A DNA stretch of 64,000 nt from Octopus sinensis (GCF_006345805.1 NC_043018.1:27094001-27158000); one strand, 5' to 3'; shown: positions 35,801-48,599, numbered from the stretch's first letter. Notes: generated from the sequence alone by a model not told the origin. Program-made: numbers and translations.

Positions 35801-36707
35801 ACTAAGAAGCAGAGGTCTGGAAAGTATTGTCATGGAGGAAGAGTCGGCCAAGATGCAGGCAAGGAACATGCCGGATGGACAATACTACAAGTGGTGAGGC
35901 AGCTGGAGAACCTGCACTTAAGCAGGGAAACTTTAGTTGTAATGCTATTAAGGCGCCACAGGCATACAGTACATAATGACAGTGATGATGATATTTGTAA
36001 GAGCTTGTGTGTGTGTGTGTGTATACCACTTATGATATGACCTTGAATTTGCTTCTCAATACAAATCATTATGTTTGTGTATGTATCTGTGTGTGTATGT
36101 TTGAGAGAGAGAAAGAGAGATAACTCATTGAATCATTGCTATCTTTTAAGTGGTGTTTCAAAGCAATTTGCTCTCAAATCAGGACGATTAAAGTGTGAAG
36201 TGTGTTTGACTGTGTATATAAGGTGTTAAGAGTAGTTTGCGAGTAATAATAGGGATCTAAAAGGATCAAAGGTCTTTCCTGAGCATTAGGCTTGCAAGGC
36301 CAGTTCCCTTATATTCTGTGGTGTAAATATTCCCCCCTGAATGTGTGTGTGGGGGTACTGGTGATTGTTGCAGAATTACTAATTTTTGCCAGCTGAGTTG
36401 ATTGGAGTGATATGAAATGAAATATTTTTTTCGCTTAAGAACACAATGCATTGCCTAGTCCAGGTATTGAAACCACAATCTTACTATCATGAATTCAACA
36501 CCCTAACCACTAAGCCACAAATACTCTTTTACTATTTTACTTGTTCCAGGTTGAGAGCTATGGCCATGCTGGGGCTTTGCCGTTGGTGTTGCTACATCTT
36601 CATTAACCCATTAGTATTCAAACTGGCCAAATATTCTACCTGTTTTATGTTTAAACTGGCCAGATTCAGCCTATCACACCTACCTCACAATGTCGTTTTA
36701 AAAATAG

Positions 36708-37090
36708 GAGTGGCTGTGTGGTAAGTAGCTTGCTTACCAACCACATGGTTCCGGGTTCATTTCTACTGTGTGACACCTTGGGCAAGTGTCTTCTACTATA
36801 GCCTCGGGCCGACCAAAGCCCTGTGAGTGAATTTGATAGATGGAAACTGAAAGAAGCCTGTCGCATATATGTACGTGTGTGTATATGTTTGTGTGTCTTT
36901 GTTTGTCCCCCAACATCGCTTGGCAACTGATGCTGGTGTGTTTATGTCCCTTTAACTTAGCGGTTCGGCAAAAGAGATCAATAGAATATGTACTAGGCTT
37001 ATAAAGAATAAGACCCGGGGTCGATTTGCTCGACTAAAGGCGGTGCACCAGCATGGCCACAGTCAAATGACTGAAACAAGTAAAAGAGAG
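36708..37090 (+). mobile_element. SINE family A, full length
   Basis: Matches the 15875 copy. Confidence 0.9.
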
Positions 37091-37319
37091 ATTAATTCAA
37101 TAACAAAGTGAATAAAGAGGTTGGACAGATTATCCTGAACGCTAAAGGGATAATCCTCTTTCAATTGTTGGCATTTGGTAAATGTGATGAATCATGTTCC
37201 AGTTCAGTTTTAATGACCATCAGTCTCTTTGTTCAAACTGGACATCCTTTTGTTTTTTTGCTTGTTTTGGTCATTTTGACTGGCCATGCTGCAGCTCCAC
37301 CTTTGGTCGAACAAATCAA

Positions 37320-37500
37320 CCCCTGGACGGGATGCTGGTCCATTGCAGGGTTACTCATTTTTTGCCAGCTGAGTGGACTGGAGCAACATCAAATGAAGTG
37401 CTTTGCTCAAGAACACAACGCGTCGCCTGGTCCAGGAATCGAAACCTCAATCTTACTTACAATCATGAGTCCAACACTCCTAACCACTAAGCCATGTGCC
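37320..37500 (-). mobile_element. SINE family D
   Basis: Matches the 20320 copy. Confidence 0.75.
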
Positions 37501-37604
37501 TCTGCTCATAATGGGATACACTGTGATTCGTTAGCTAGATTAACCATTAAGCAAAATAAGCATGTGCTTAGGGCATCAATGAAAGGTGAGAGGCGCCATA
37601 TCAT

Positions 37605-37955
37605 CATCATCGTTTAGCGTCCGCTTTCCATGCTAGCATGGGTTGGATGGTTCAACTGGGATCTGGGAAGCCAGAAGGCTGCACCAGGCCCAGTCTGATC
37701 TGGCAATGTTTCTACAGCTGGTTGCCCTTCCTAACGCCAACCACTCCGTGAGTGTAGTGGGTGCTTTTTATGTGCCACCGGCACAGGTGCCAGACGAGGC
37801 TGGCAGACAACCACGATCGGATGGTACTTTTTACGTGCCACCGGCACGGAGGCCAGTTGGGGCGGCGCTGGCAACGGCCACGTTCGGATGGTTCTCTTAC
37901 GTACCACCGGCACTGGTATCACAGCTGCAATTTCCATTGATGTTGATCGATTTTG
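37605..37955 (-). mobile_element. RTE 3' tail copy
   Basis: (CAT)n tail plus 3' UTR repeat units. Confidence 0.85.
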
Positions 37956-38084
37956 ATTTTAGAAATTGTAAATAGTTTATGTCACAAAACAAAATCACTT
38001 TGAACTTGGTAAAATAATATTTGAAGTGGTTTATATGATTGGAAATATAATTTCGAAGTGTTCATGGTGTCAGAGTGAATATGT

Positions 38085-38300
38085 GGAGGCACGTGGCTTA
38101 ATGGTTAGTGTATTGAGTTCATGATTCTAAGATTGTGGTTTCGATTCATGGATCAGGCTACATGTTGTGTTCTTGGGTAAAACACTTCATTTCACGTTGC
38201 TCCATGTCCACTCAGCTGGCAAAAATGAGTAATTCCATGAAAGACCAGTGTCCCATCCAGATGGGGAATACATAACTTTGATAGGTTTTGGCCAATATAA
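38085..38300 (+). mobile_element. SINE family D
   Basis: GGAGGCACGTGGCTTAATGGTTAG...GGTTTCGATTC...CCACTCAGCTGGCAAAAATGAG. Confidence 0.8.
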
Positions 38301-38322
38301 GCCCAGACCGTATCTAACTTAA

Positions 38323-38543
38323 CCCTTTAGTGTTCACATTATTCTGCCAAAACTAATGCCTCTTCATCCACATTGTTTTGAACTAATCATGCATTATCTT
38401 GTAGCTATGAGATTTTGATGAGGTAGCTGTTAATTTTTAAAACAATATTGTAGGGTTGGTGTGAGAGACCAGATCTGGCCAGTTTGAACATAAAACAGGC
38501 AGAATTTTTTTGGCCGGATATGGCTGGTTTAAATGCTAATGGG
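38323..38543. mobile_element. Second piggyBac-like MITE family (TTAA TSD)
   Basis: TTAA|CCCTTTAGTGTTCA ... AAATGCTAATGGG|TTAA; fragments also at about 36605, 47900-48230 and 48520-49310. Confidence 0.75.
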
Positions 38544-39429
38544 TTAATAGCACTACCTGGTGAAGTCTTTTAGTCATATATGGGGCAAAGAGTTATTATT
38601 ATTGGAAACATATCTGGGTGTAGGCGGTTGGTCCAGGATTTTTTGAAGAAATTTGTCCAGGGAACTTTTGAATTTTATGGGATCAGTTTCTGTTTTGATG
38701 TAATTTGGCATGGTATTAAAAAGAGCTGGACTGGTTGAGGTCAATTAGTTGTGGTGTGATGTTATGCGTCCTGAGTTTGATTTTTATAGTGGGTGGATAG
38801 CACGGGGGCCAAGTCTTGGATGGATTTTGAAATTGATGCCAACATCATTTGTGCAATATTGATGGAATATTTTCCACCTCACGCAAATGATGTAGTGCTC
38901 CTGGCGATGTCGGAGAGAGTAGAGATTGAATTTTCTTTAGTCAACTCCAACAGTCAATGCCTGTCATGCTGTCTACCTTTCTTGTTATTGACTTCTGGAA
39001 TGCTTCCACTTTCATAACATCATGAAACTGCGAAACCAGCTCTTAATGAGTCTGCATGCCTTGAGAAGGTAACTTCACCTAACTTTTTTACCATAGCTAG
39101 GATCTGATCAAAGACTTTGCAATTAAAATAAATTGGAAATATACAACAATAATTATTATTTTCCATTTTAATGTTAGTTTTGTTTCATTTTAAAAAATAA
39201 ATTTTGAATTACATATGTATGGTGGGGGGGGGACACGAAACTGTTTTAAGTGCTATGGGTCTTCATATGGCTGTATGGTCTACTATAGTTAAAAGTGTTC
39301 CAGCCATGACCGTATCGAAGACTATATTATTTAATTTGTTTTTCTGTTTTTTGTTGTGGTTTGAAAGGAATTTAGTTGTTGTGTTTAGCATTCTGAGAAC
39401 AGTCACTGAAGATTGGTGGATCGCAGGTG

Positions 39430-39830
39430 GCTATTGTGATTGTGGTTGTAGTATTGTTGGTGGTTGTGGTGGTAGTTGTAGTGTTATTAGTGGTTATGGT
39501 GTTGGTGGTAGTTGTATTGTTGGTAGTGATTGTGGTGTTGGTGGTGGTTGTAGTGTTATTGGTAGTTGTGGTGTTTTTGGTGGTGATTGTGGTGCTGTTG
39601 GTGGTTGTAGTGTTATTGGTAGTTGTGGTGTTTTTGGTGGTGATTGTGGTGCTGTTGGTGGTTGTAGTGTTATTGGTAGTTGTGGTGTTGTTGGTGGTGA
39701 TTGTGGTGATAGTTGTAGTGTTGGTGATGGTTGTGGTGGTGGTTGTAGTGTTATTGGTGGTGATTGTGGTGGTGGTTGTGGTGGATGTAGTGTTAGTGGT
39801 GGTTATGGTGTTGTTGGTGTTGGAGGTTAA
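39430..39830. repeat. (GGT/TGT/AGT)n cryptic repeat with a 57-bp higher-order unit
   Basis: GTTGTAGTGTTATTGGTAGTTGTGG at 39547, 39604 and 39661. Confidence 0.9.
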
Positions 39831-41171
39831 GACGAGAGGTGTAGTACCCCATGGAAACTGATATTCTCTTCACTCGCAACTAAACACAGATGTCACTCTG
39901 AAACCGATCAGGTGAGCATGATGTGCAGACATTTTTTTGTGAGAGTGAACGAACATGTGACAGAATAGGTGTGCAATGCATTGGCGGGAAACAGGTAAGA
40001 TGTATGGGCGGTAAGGGTGAAATTGTGCACCTGACACCCATCTTCTCTTCACTAGTGATCCCTCGGGGCGGGGTGGGTGTTTTTCAGAAGATAGTGATTG
40101 TTAATTGTAGTGGCAGAGAGAGAAAGAGAGGAGGGAGAGCTAGAAGAGACGGTGATAAGGAGAGGTGAGTAGAAATAAGAGAAAACATAGGTGAGTACAT
40201 TGAAAAGCAGAGATAACAATAGATGGATAGATTAAGGGAGATAATACACACGTTCACCCCCCCCCCCGCCCACACATGTACATACATACATAGATAGAGA
40301 GTGAAATGTAGAGTGAGGTAGCGGTGAAAGGTAGACAAATGCAGGGAGAGACAGGAAGACAATACGGACAGATGTATGGCAGAGTGTTTGAGAGACCGAT
40401 CATGTTTGTTTAGAAAAAAGGTACGAGCTGTAGGAGGGGTGATCGTGTGTGTGGGTGGCGGGTGGAGCAGACAGTCTACAAGAAATTAAACAGATGGAAA
40501 AAGGAAAATACTGAGCTGGAAGGAAGGAGAGAGAGAGACTGAAACCAGTTAAGGAATATTTGTCGCTGTTTAACCCCAGGTCAGCTCTGTTTAAGCAAAC
40601 CTTAAAATCTAAGACATTCCAGCAATGGTAATCCTGTCTTATTCAAATAGTCTCTCTGGTAATGTTTGTCTCTCTTGCAGCTTTTCCCTTCATGGGCGCT
40701 GAGGTTGTTTATTTCGCCAACATTCACATCAAACTAATGGTTATGGTGGTGGTGGGTCGCTTATTAAACAGAGTGAGGACCCAGTCTGACTCTTACATTC
40801 CATGAGGTCCTCCCTTGTTTGGTTTTTTCAGTATCATGTTATCTATCCAATGTAATGCACCAGTTTATATTTCTTTAAAAAGTCTGTTGGGTAAGATTTG
40901 AGGGAGATTCGACTGTTGTTTCTAGTGACCAGATAGCAATATCTCTTGTTGGCTTGAAGAACATAAAATTTTGTGTGTGTGCGAATACATTTTTTAGAAG
41001 AGATAACAAATGTTGGCTTGAAATTTATTTCATTTTGTTGTCTCATATTTTACTTTTCTTTTCTTTTTTTTTTTGTTAATGAACTTTTTCCTGACAAGAA
41101 TATTTCAGAAATTCGGAAATTTGTATTCTGTCTTATGCACACTCATGACCAGACGTGTGTGTGTGTGTGTG

Positions 41172-41226
<55 letters not shown>

Positions 41227-41237
41227 ATTTGTATATA

Positions 41238-41464
41238 GAGGGTTGGCCAAAAGTCATCTAACAGTAAATCGAAACCATTTAATTCTAAGATTTATTTATG
41301 TTTAACAACTGGATGAATTTAATTAATAAAAGTATCTAAATATGAAACATCATGAAAATTGTTCAAAAAGAAGTCCTTGAGCAAGACTTTTCCCATTCGA
41401 GTCAATACAGAATTACAGATAGTATTTATGGAATTTTTACTGTCAGGTGACTTTTGGCCAACCC

Positions 41465-41466
<2 letters not shown>
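41238..41466. mobile_element. Tc1/mariner MITE
   Basis: TIRs (C/G)AGGGTTGGCCAAAAGTCA(C/T)CT(G/A)ACAGTAAA at both ends; TA / TG flanks. Confidence 0.85.
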
Positions 41467-41511
<45 letters not shown>

Positions 41512-41517
<6 letters not shown>

Positions 41518-41757
41518 CAAAATGGGACAAGAATGCAAAACATCTAGAAGACGATACAAAAATTTTCCAAGGAAATTCATGCTCTTAGCTTAGTTTTTCC
41601 TTGGGGGCTGGCCAGATTGGAGCAATCTCAAGATTAATCAGCCGTAATTGCGAGGATGATCCGGTTCTTGACTGAAGATTAAAGACTTCGAATGACCTGT
41701 CCGTGTTTTTTGTATTGTCTTCTGGATGTTTTGTGTTCTTGTCCCATTTTGTATTTT
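41512..41757. repeat. About 50-bp inverted arms enclosing a unique core, between (TA)n tracts
   Basis: AAAATACAAAATGGGACAAGAATGCAAAACATCTAGAAGACGATACAAAAA and its reverse complement at 41706-41757. Confidence 0.85.
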
Positions 41758-41808
41758 GATATATATATATATATATATATATATAGCAGCATACGTACAC
41801 TTAGTTCT

Positions 41809-41850
<42 letters not shown>

Positions 41851-41949
41851 AATCCAGAAAAAGAAGAACAAACATGATAAAAAACAACCACACGCGGACG
41901 TGGTGCATGTAATGTATTAGCAGTTGCTCAGGAAAGGAAAGAAAGATGG

Positions 41950-41983
41950 TTTAACATTTCTAGCAGACGCTCTTCTTCAGAAA
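41950..41983 (-). ncRNA. Minimal type-I hammerhead-like motif with an extra A (short family, best copy)
   Basis: Minus: ttt-CTGAAGA-A-GAGC(GTCT)GCTA-GAAAT-GTT-aaa. Confidence 0.5.
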
Positions 41984-42275
41984 AAGAGGAAAGTCAAAAA
42001 GAAGGGAAGACGGAGAAAGAAAATCACCAACAATTCACATGTGATTACATTTTGAAATGACTGAAGGGGAATGGATGAAGGAAAAGTTCTTTCTAAGACA
42101 GGAGAGTGTGAGAGAAGGAGGTACGTGTGGGTATGTGCGTGCGTGCTGGTCTGTGTGCGTTGTGTGAGGTATGTGTGTGTGTGTGTGTGTGTGTGCGCAT
42201 GTATATACGTATGTATAAGTATATATATGTGTGTGTGTGTAGATATAAATAGATGTATGTATATATATAATATAT

Positions 42276-42353
42276 TCAAAATAAGCAACAAGAATGACTC
42301 CGGTAATTTGGTACGTACCAAATTACCGGAGTCATTCTTGTTGCTTATTTTGA
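42276..42353. repeat. 78-bp perfect palindrome with no loop
   Basis: TCAAAATAAGCAACAAGAATGACTCCGGTAATTTGGTAC|GTACCAAATTACCGGAGTCATTCTTGTTGCTTATTTTGA. Confidence 0.95.
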
Positions 42354-42544
42354 TTATAATCACCCCACAGATTTTTATGGATAGCACCATACAGAATTCT
42401 GGTGCATCTAAATTAAGTACCATATTCATTTGAATCTAAATTTTTGCTGAACTTATATATACATACTCGCACTGAATACACATATATATATATCTATATA
42501 CGTATGTATCATCATCATGATACATATGATGATGATGTATATTC

Positions 42545-43128
42545 TTTTATTCTTTTACTTGTTTCAGTCATTTGACTGTGGCCATGCTGGGGCACTGCCT
42601 TTAGTTGAACAAATCGACCCAGTACTTATTCTTTGTAAGCCTAGTACTTACTCTATCGGTTTCTTTTGCTGAACCGCTAAGTTTCGGGGACATAAACACA
42701 CCCCAGCATCGGACACAAATGCACACACACACATACATATACGACAGGCTTCTTTCAGTTTCCGTCTACTAAATCCACTCACAAGGCTTTGATCAGCGAA
42801 AGCTATAGTAGAAGACACTTGCCCAAGGTGCCATGCAGTGGGACTGAACCTGGAACCATATTTGGGAAGCAAGCTTCTTACCATGCAGCCACTCCTGCAC
42901 TTAGCTGGCAGACACGTTAGCGCACCGGGCAAAATGCTTAGCGGTATTTCGTCTGTCGTTACGTTCTGAGTTCAAATTCCGCTGAGGTCAACTTTGGCTA
43001 TCATCCTTTCGGGGTCGATAAATAAAGTACCAGTTTCGCACTGGGGCCGATATAATCGACTCAATCCCTTCGTCCGTCCTTGTTTGTCCCCCTCTATGTT
43101 TAGCCCCTTGTGGGCAATAAAGAAATAT
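42545..43128. mobile_element. Head-to-head SINE-A (-) and SINE-B (+)
   Basis: SINE-A reverse at 42545-42900 abuts SINE-B forward at 42900-43128. Confidence 0.85.
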
Positions 43129-43135
43129 ATACACA

Positions 43136-43680
43136 TCATCATCGTTTAATGTCCGTTTGCCATGCTAGCATGGGTTGGACGGTTCAACCAGGGTCTGGGA
43201 AGCCATGATCGGTTGGTTGTTTTTTACGTGCCACCGACACGGAAGCCAGTCAAGGCGGCGCTGTAAATATATATGTGTGTGTGTGTGTATATATATATAT
43301 TACTCTTTTACTTGTTTCAGTCATTTGACTGCGGCCATGCTGGAGCACCGTCTTTAATCGAGCAACTCGACCCCGGGACTTATTCTTTTGTAAGCCCAGT
43401 ACTTATTCTATCGGTCTCTTTTGCCGAACCGCTAAGTAACGGGAACATAAACACACTAGCATCGGTTGTCAAGCAATGCTAGGGGGACAAACACACACAC
43501 GCATATATATATATATACGACGGGCTTCTTTCAGTTTCCGTCTACCAAATCCACTCACAAGGCTTTGGTTGGCCCGAGGCTGTAGTAGAAGACACTTGCC
43601 CAAGGTGACACGCAGTGGGACTGAACCCGGAACCATGTGGTTGGTAAACAAGCTACTTACCACACAGCCACTCCTGTGCC
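43136..43680 (-). mobile_element. RTE tail fragment (43136-43265) and full SINE-A (43300-43680)
   Basis: Matches to the family consensus seen elsewhere in the window. Confidence 0.85.
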
Positions 43681-44839
43681 TATATATATATTTATGTAGA
43701 ATTATATTACTCGTTATACCAGTGATAATGGTAACAGCAAAAAATGTATGGTGGAGGTTTGTATTTGTGTGTGTGTCAGTGTATATTTTCCAATGTCTGT
43801 CTCCAGTTTTTTTTTTTACCGCAAATCTAGCAGTTATCTGCTCTCTGTCCCCTCCTCCTGTTACTGCCATGCCACTCACCTTCATCAGTTTTTCTACAGC
43901 TGACATGTAAACTTGCTGGTGTCTCCCCTCTCCCTACATTGCCCCTCCTACTCCGCCGCTCCAACAACATTACACCCCACACCTCTGGGTCATTCTCCTT
44001 GACATACAATAAGTGTAGCAGGACTGGTGGAATGTAGCAGTGGTCTGCATCGTTCATCTGTCCGGCTGTCCATCCAGCCATATGTTTGTTCATCTGTACG
44101 GCTGGTAAATTAGTGAGTATAAACAGTTCATAAGTTCAAGTTTTGTCTGCTGTGATTTGGATAAGTGCGAAAACGGTTAGTGTTCTTCAATAAGGATCCT
44201 CTCTTGAAATATAAAAAAAAAAATTTTTTTAAATCACTCTTCGACACTTCTGCTTGAAATGTTAAACCATTTCCTCTGCCTCAAAACATGCTTACCACCC
44301 CACCTTTGCCACACCATCCAAACCCAAAAATAACAAATTTATTATGATGCTAATTCAGATGATTTAATATTTATGGTCAGACGTTCCAGCCATGACCGTC
44401 ACTACCATATTTTTTGCAGACAGTATATAATGTTAGGTATTACATTATCTAAATCTGAAGCAAAGCGCTATTTCAGACTGGAAGGCCACATTTGAAGTTA
44501 AATGCCATGTCTGACTAACAATGTTGCATTTCAAAAAATAATTTTTATACTGTTAAAACTATTATTTCATAAAATATAATTATTCATAAAAAAAGTTCTA
44601 AAATATTGTAAAAAATATCTAAAGTTTTGGAATTTGCAGTAAGAGTCCCCACCATAACTTCATTTATAATTTTGTGTTTTTTTAGAACATTTCTCCTGGC
44701 TTATGTTTTGACTAATTTATTACCATATTCCTGCTGAAGTAATAAGTTTTTTTTTCAAATAGTTTTGGCAATAATGAAAAATTCATTAAAATAACTTTGT
44801 CGTTATTACACTGTCATTATAAACATTTTGTCATTATTA

Positions 44840-45339
44840 CCCTTTGGTTACCATATTTTTGTTGAGATGTTCTGTGTTTCTTTCAATTACCTTTAAATAT
44901 AACGAAGTGGCACGTAAAAAGCACCATCTGAACGTGGGCGATGCCAGCGCCGCCTTGACTAGCTTCCGTGCTGGTGGCACGTAAAAAGCACCAATCCGAT
45001 CGTGGCTGTTGCCAACCTCGCCTGGCACGTAACAAGCACCCACTACACTCTCGGAGTGGTTGGCGTTAGGAAGGGCATCCAGCTGTAGAAACACTGCCAG
45101 ATCAGATTGGAGCCTGGTGCAGCCTTCTGGCTTCCCAGATCCCCGGTCGAACTGTCCAACCCATGCTAGCATGGAGAACGGACGTTAAACGATGATGAAT
45201 TTAGTAAAATAACTTAGTTGTCATTAAGCTAGTGTTAGGAACACAAATTGTGACTAAGGTTTGTTGAAAGATTTTAATTCAGAACTTTTGAAAACAAGGC
45301 ATTTGTATCACAGAACCAGCTGGGTTGGTAATGAAAGGG
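44840..45339. mobile_element. piggyBac-like MITE interrupted by an RTE tail (44908-45197, +)
   Basis: MITE sequence stops at TATAACGAA and resumes at GAATTTAGTAAAATAAC after GATGAT; ends AAAGGG|TTAA. Confidence 0.8.
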
Positions 45340-45399
45340 TTAAGGTGGTGTTCTAGCAGAATGGTTAGCATTTCAGGCAAAATCCTGTATTCTTTTATT

Positions 45400-45940
45400 C
45401 TTTCAGTCATTCTTTGTAAGCCCAGTACTTTTTCTATCACTCTCTTTTGCTGAACCACTAAGTTAAACACACCAACATCACCTGTCAAGCAATGGTGAGG
45501 GGACAACCACACACACACACACACAAATGTATACTCACACACATAAATGTACACTCACACACATAAATGTACACACACACACACACACACACACATAAAT
45601 GTATACACACACATAAATGTACACACACACATAAATGTACACACACACACATAAATGTACACACACACACACACACACACACATAAATGTATACACACAC
45701 ATAAATGTACACACACATAAATGTACACACACACACATAAATGTACACACACACACACACACACACACTCATATGTATTTGACAGGCTTCTTTCAGTTTC
45801 CGTCTACCAAATCCACTCGCAAGGCTTTGATCAGCTTGAGGCTATAGACTATAGTAGAAGACACTTGCCCAAGGTGCCATGCAGTGGGACTGAACCTGGA
45901 ACGATGTGGTTGGTAAGCAAGCTATTTACCACACAGCCAT
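45400..45940 (-). mobile_element. SINE-A with an expanded ACATAAATGTAC/(CA)n internal tract
   Basis: Tail and head are separated by about 250 bp of higher-order microsatellite. Confidence 0.8.
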
Positions 45941-46259
45941 GCTAGCGACATTTCTTCTGCATTTACATTTTGAGTTCAAATCTGTCGAGGCTGTCTTTCT
46001 CTTTCATCCTTTTGGAGTCGATAAAATTAAGTACCAGTTGAACGTTGGAGTTGATGTGCTTGATTTACCTGCTTCTACGAAATTCCTGGCCATGTGCCAA
46101 GATTTGGAACTATTTTTATACTGCAGTTTGGAACAAATAAGCTTGGCATTTTAATGAAAGATTTTTAATTTAGCTCTTTTTTGTAACGAGTTAGCAGCAT
46201 AGAACTCAAAGAGTGGGTTGTTCTTAAAAAGACTTAACATAATTGTAATTCAAATAGGC

Positions 46260-46650
46260 GCAGGAGTGGCTGTGTGGTAAGTAGCTTTCTTACCAACCAC
46301 ATGGTTCCAGGTTCAGTCCCACTGCATGGCATCTTGGGCAAGTGTCTTCTACTATAGCTTTCGCTGATCAAAGCCTTGTGAGTGGATTTGGTAGACGGAA
46401 ACTGAAAGAAGCCCGTCTTATATGTATATATGTGTGTGTTTTTGTGTGTCTGTGTTTGTCCGTCCCCCCCAACATCGCTTGACAACCGATGCTGGTGTGT
46501 TTACATCCCCGTTACTAAGCGGTTCGGCAAAAGAGACTGATAGAATAAGTACTATGCTTACAAAGAATAAGTCCCGGGGTCGATTTGCTCGACTAAAGGC
46601 GGTGCTCCAGCATGGCCCCAGTCAAATGACTGAAACACGTAAAAGAGTAT
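46260..46650 (+). mobile_element. SINE family A, full length
   Basis: Matches the 15875 copy. Confidence 0.9.
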
Positions 46651-47139
46651 GTACTTTGAAAGGGCTTCCATACTTGAACCCAAAGGGAGTTGTGTGTGGC
46701 CTTAATGGTAACTGCATATTTCCCAGCTCTGATCTCAGCTCTATCTCTCTGTCTCCTATTTCTTGTTAGCTTTTGGTGGTTCCTGTGGATTGTTTTAATT
46801 CCAAAGGTGGGTGAATGGGAGGTGGGGGGCTTCACTGCTTTGTTTAATGACTCAATGTAAATACTCTCTTTCTCTCCCCATCTCCACCCCCTCTCCCTCT
46901 GCCTCCCACACTCTGCCATTTTGGTTTGGAAGCCGAGAAGACAACATTCAGTGTATATCCAATAACTTGGTGTCTCAATGACCGAATGACAGAGAGGCCA
47001 TTACGTGGTTTCTTCACCTGTTAGAAATAGCAGCCAAATCTTGCTCAATGCACACGCCTACTATTTTATAAAAACATGGTGCTGCAAAGAAAGGAAAGAA
47101 ATTAAACAGATGGGATGGTCACAGTTGGAACACATTCTT

Positions 47140-47513
47140 TTATTCTTTTATTTGTTTCAGTTATTTGACTGTGGCCATGCTGGAGCAGCGCCTTTAGTCA
47201 AAGAAATCAACCCCAGGACTTATTCTTTGTATCGATCTCTTTTGCTGAACTGCTAAATTACAGGGACATAAACACACTAACATCGGTTGTCAAGTGATAG
47301 TGGGGGGACAGACGCACAAACACATACACATACACACACTCACACAAACACACATACGACGGACTTTCAGATTCCGTCTGCCAAATCCACTCACAAGGCT
47401 TTGGTTGGCCCGAGGCTATAGTAGAAGACACTTGCCCAAGGTGCCACACAGTAGGACTGAACCTGGAACTATGTGGTTGGTAAACAAGCTACCTACAGCA
47501 CAGCCACTCCTGC
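47140..47513 (-). mobile_element. SINE family A
   Basis: Reverse copy. Confidence 0.85.
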
Positions 47514-48269
47514 ATAAATCTGCTGACTCAGCCTCATGGCATGGCATTATACTATCAGTTCCCAGACTGGGCTGTGTGTTGTGTTCTTGAGCAAGACACT
47601 CTATTTCATGTTGCTCCAGTTCATTCAGCTGTAGAAATGAGTTGCGACATCACTGGTGCCAAGCTGTATCAGCCTTTGGTTTTCCTTGGATAAGATCAGT
47701 GGCGTGGAAAAAGGAGGCTGGCATGCATGGGTGACTGCTGGTCTCCCACTGCAATCCCATGATCATTCATGGCTGAAAGGGGTTTTTACCTTTACCTTTT
47801 TAGAAAGAAAATAAATACAGGGGTTGATTTGTGTCACTAAAACCCTTAAATCATTTGCATTTAAACCATCCATGTCCAGTTGAAATATTCCACCTGTTTT
47901 CTTGGTAAAACCGACCAGATCCAGCCTCTCATACTTACCTGACATTGTCATTCTAAAAATAAACAATCACATCATCAAAATCTAAAGTTATATGATAATG
48001 CATAATTAACTGCAAAACAATGTGGATAGCTAAGCATTATATTTGAGTGAATAATCTGATGGTTAAAGACTTTAAATTAATCATACCTGGCTCAGATAGT
48101 CTACTTGTTTTGTGATCAAGCCAGCTAGATCTGGCCTCTTACACCTACCCTACAATGCCATTCTAAAAACAAACAATAACATCATCAAAATCTGAAAGCT
48201 ATGATTATAACACATGGTTAATTGCAAAACAATGTGAATGAATAAGCATTACATTTGACAGAGTAATAA

Positions 48270-48500
48270 TCATCATCATCATCATCATCATCGTTTAACG
48301 TCCGCTTTCCATGCTAGCATGTGTTGGATGGTTCAACTGGGGTCTGGGAAGCCCGAAGACTGTACCAGGCCAGTCAGATCTGGCGGTGTTTCTACAGCTG
48401 GATGCCCTTCCTAACGCCAACCACTCCGTGAGTGTAGTGGGTGCTTTTTATGTGCCACCAACACAGGTGCCAGACGAGGCTGGCGAACGGGCACGCTCGG
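48270..48500 (-). mobile_element. RTE 3' tail copy
   Basis: (CAT)n-CGTTTAACGTCCGCTTTCCATGC. Confidence 0.85.
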
Positions 48501-48599
48501 ATGGAAGGGTTGAACCAATATCTAACTCAAATATTCTAACCAGCCAGATTCAGCCTCTCACACCAACCCTACAATGTCATTTTGAAATAAATTATAGGC

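Noticed and set aside
38941-39068. Possible plus-strand exon (TTTCTTTAG| ... AAG|GTAACT)
   Set aside because: All three frames contain stops; only a short MKLRNQLLMSLHALR could be coding; too little support.
41684-41703. CTGAAGA...GAATGACCTGTC as another hammerhead
   Set aside because: GAAT instead of GAAA, no stem I pairing, and the related copy at about 3065-3095 does not restore the core.
43827-44093. 88-aa minus-strand ORF with an internal AAG|GTGAGT donor
   Set aside because: No recognisable protein features; starts in GGACAGATG-type low-complexity sequence similar to the 40.3-40.5 kb segment; not frame-compatible with the 61898 exon via the 44101 acceptor.
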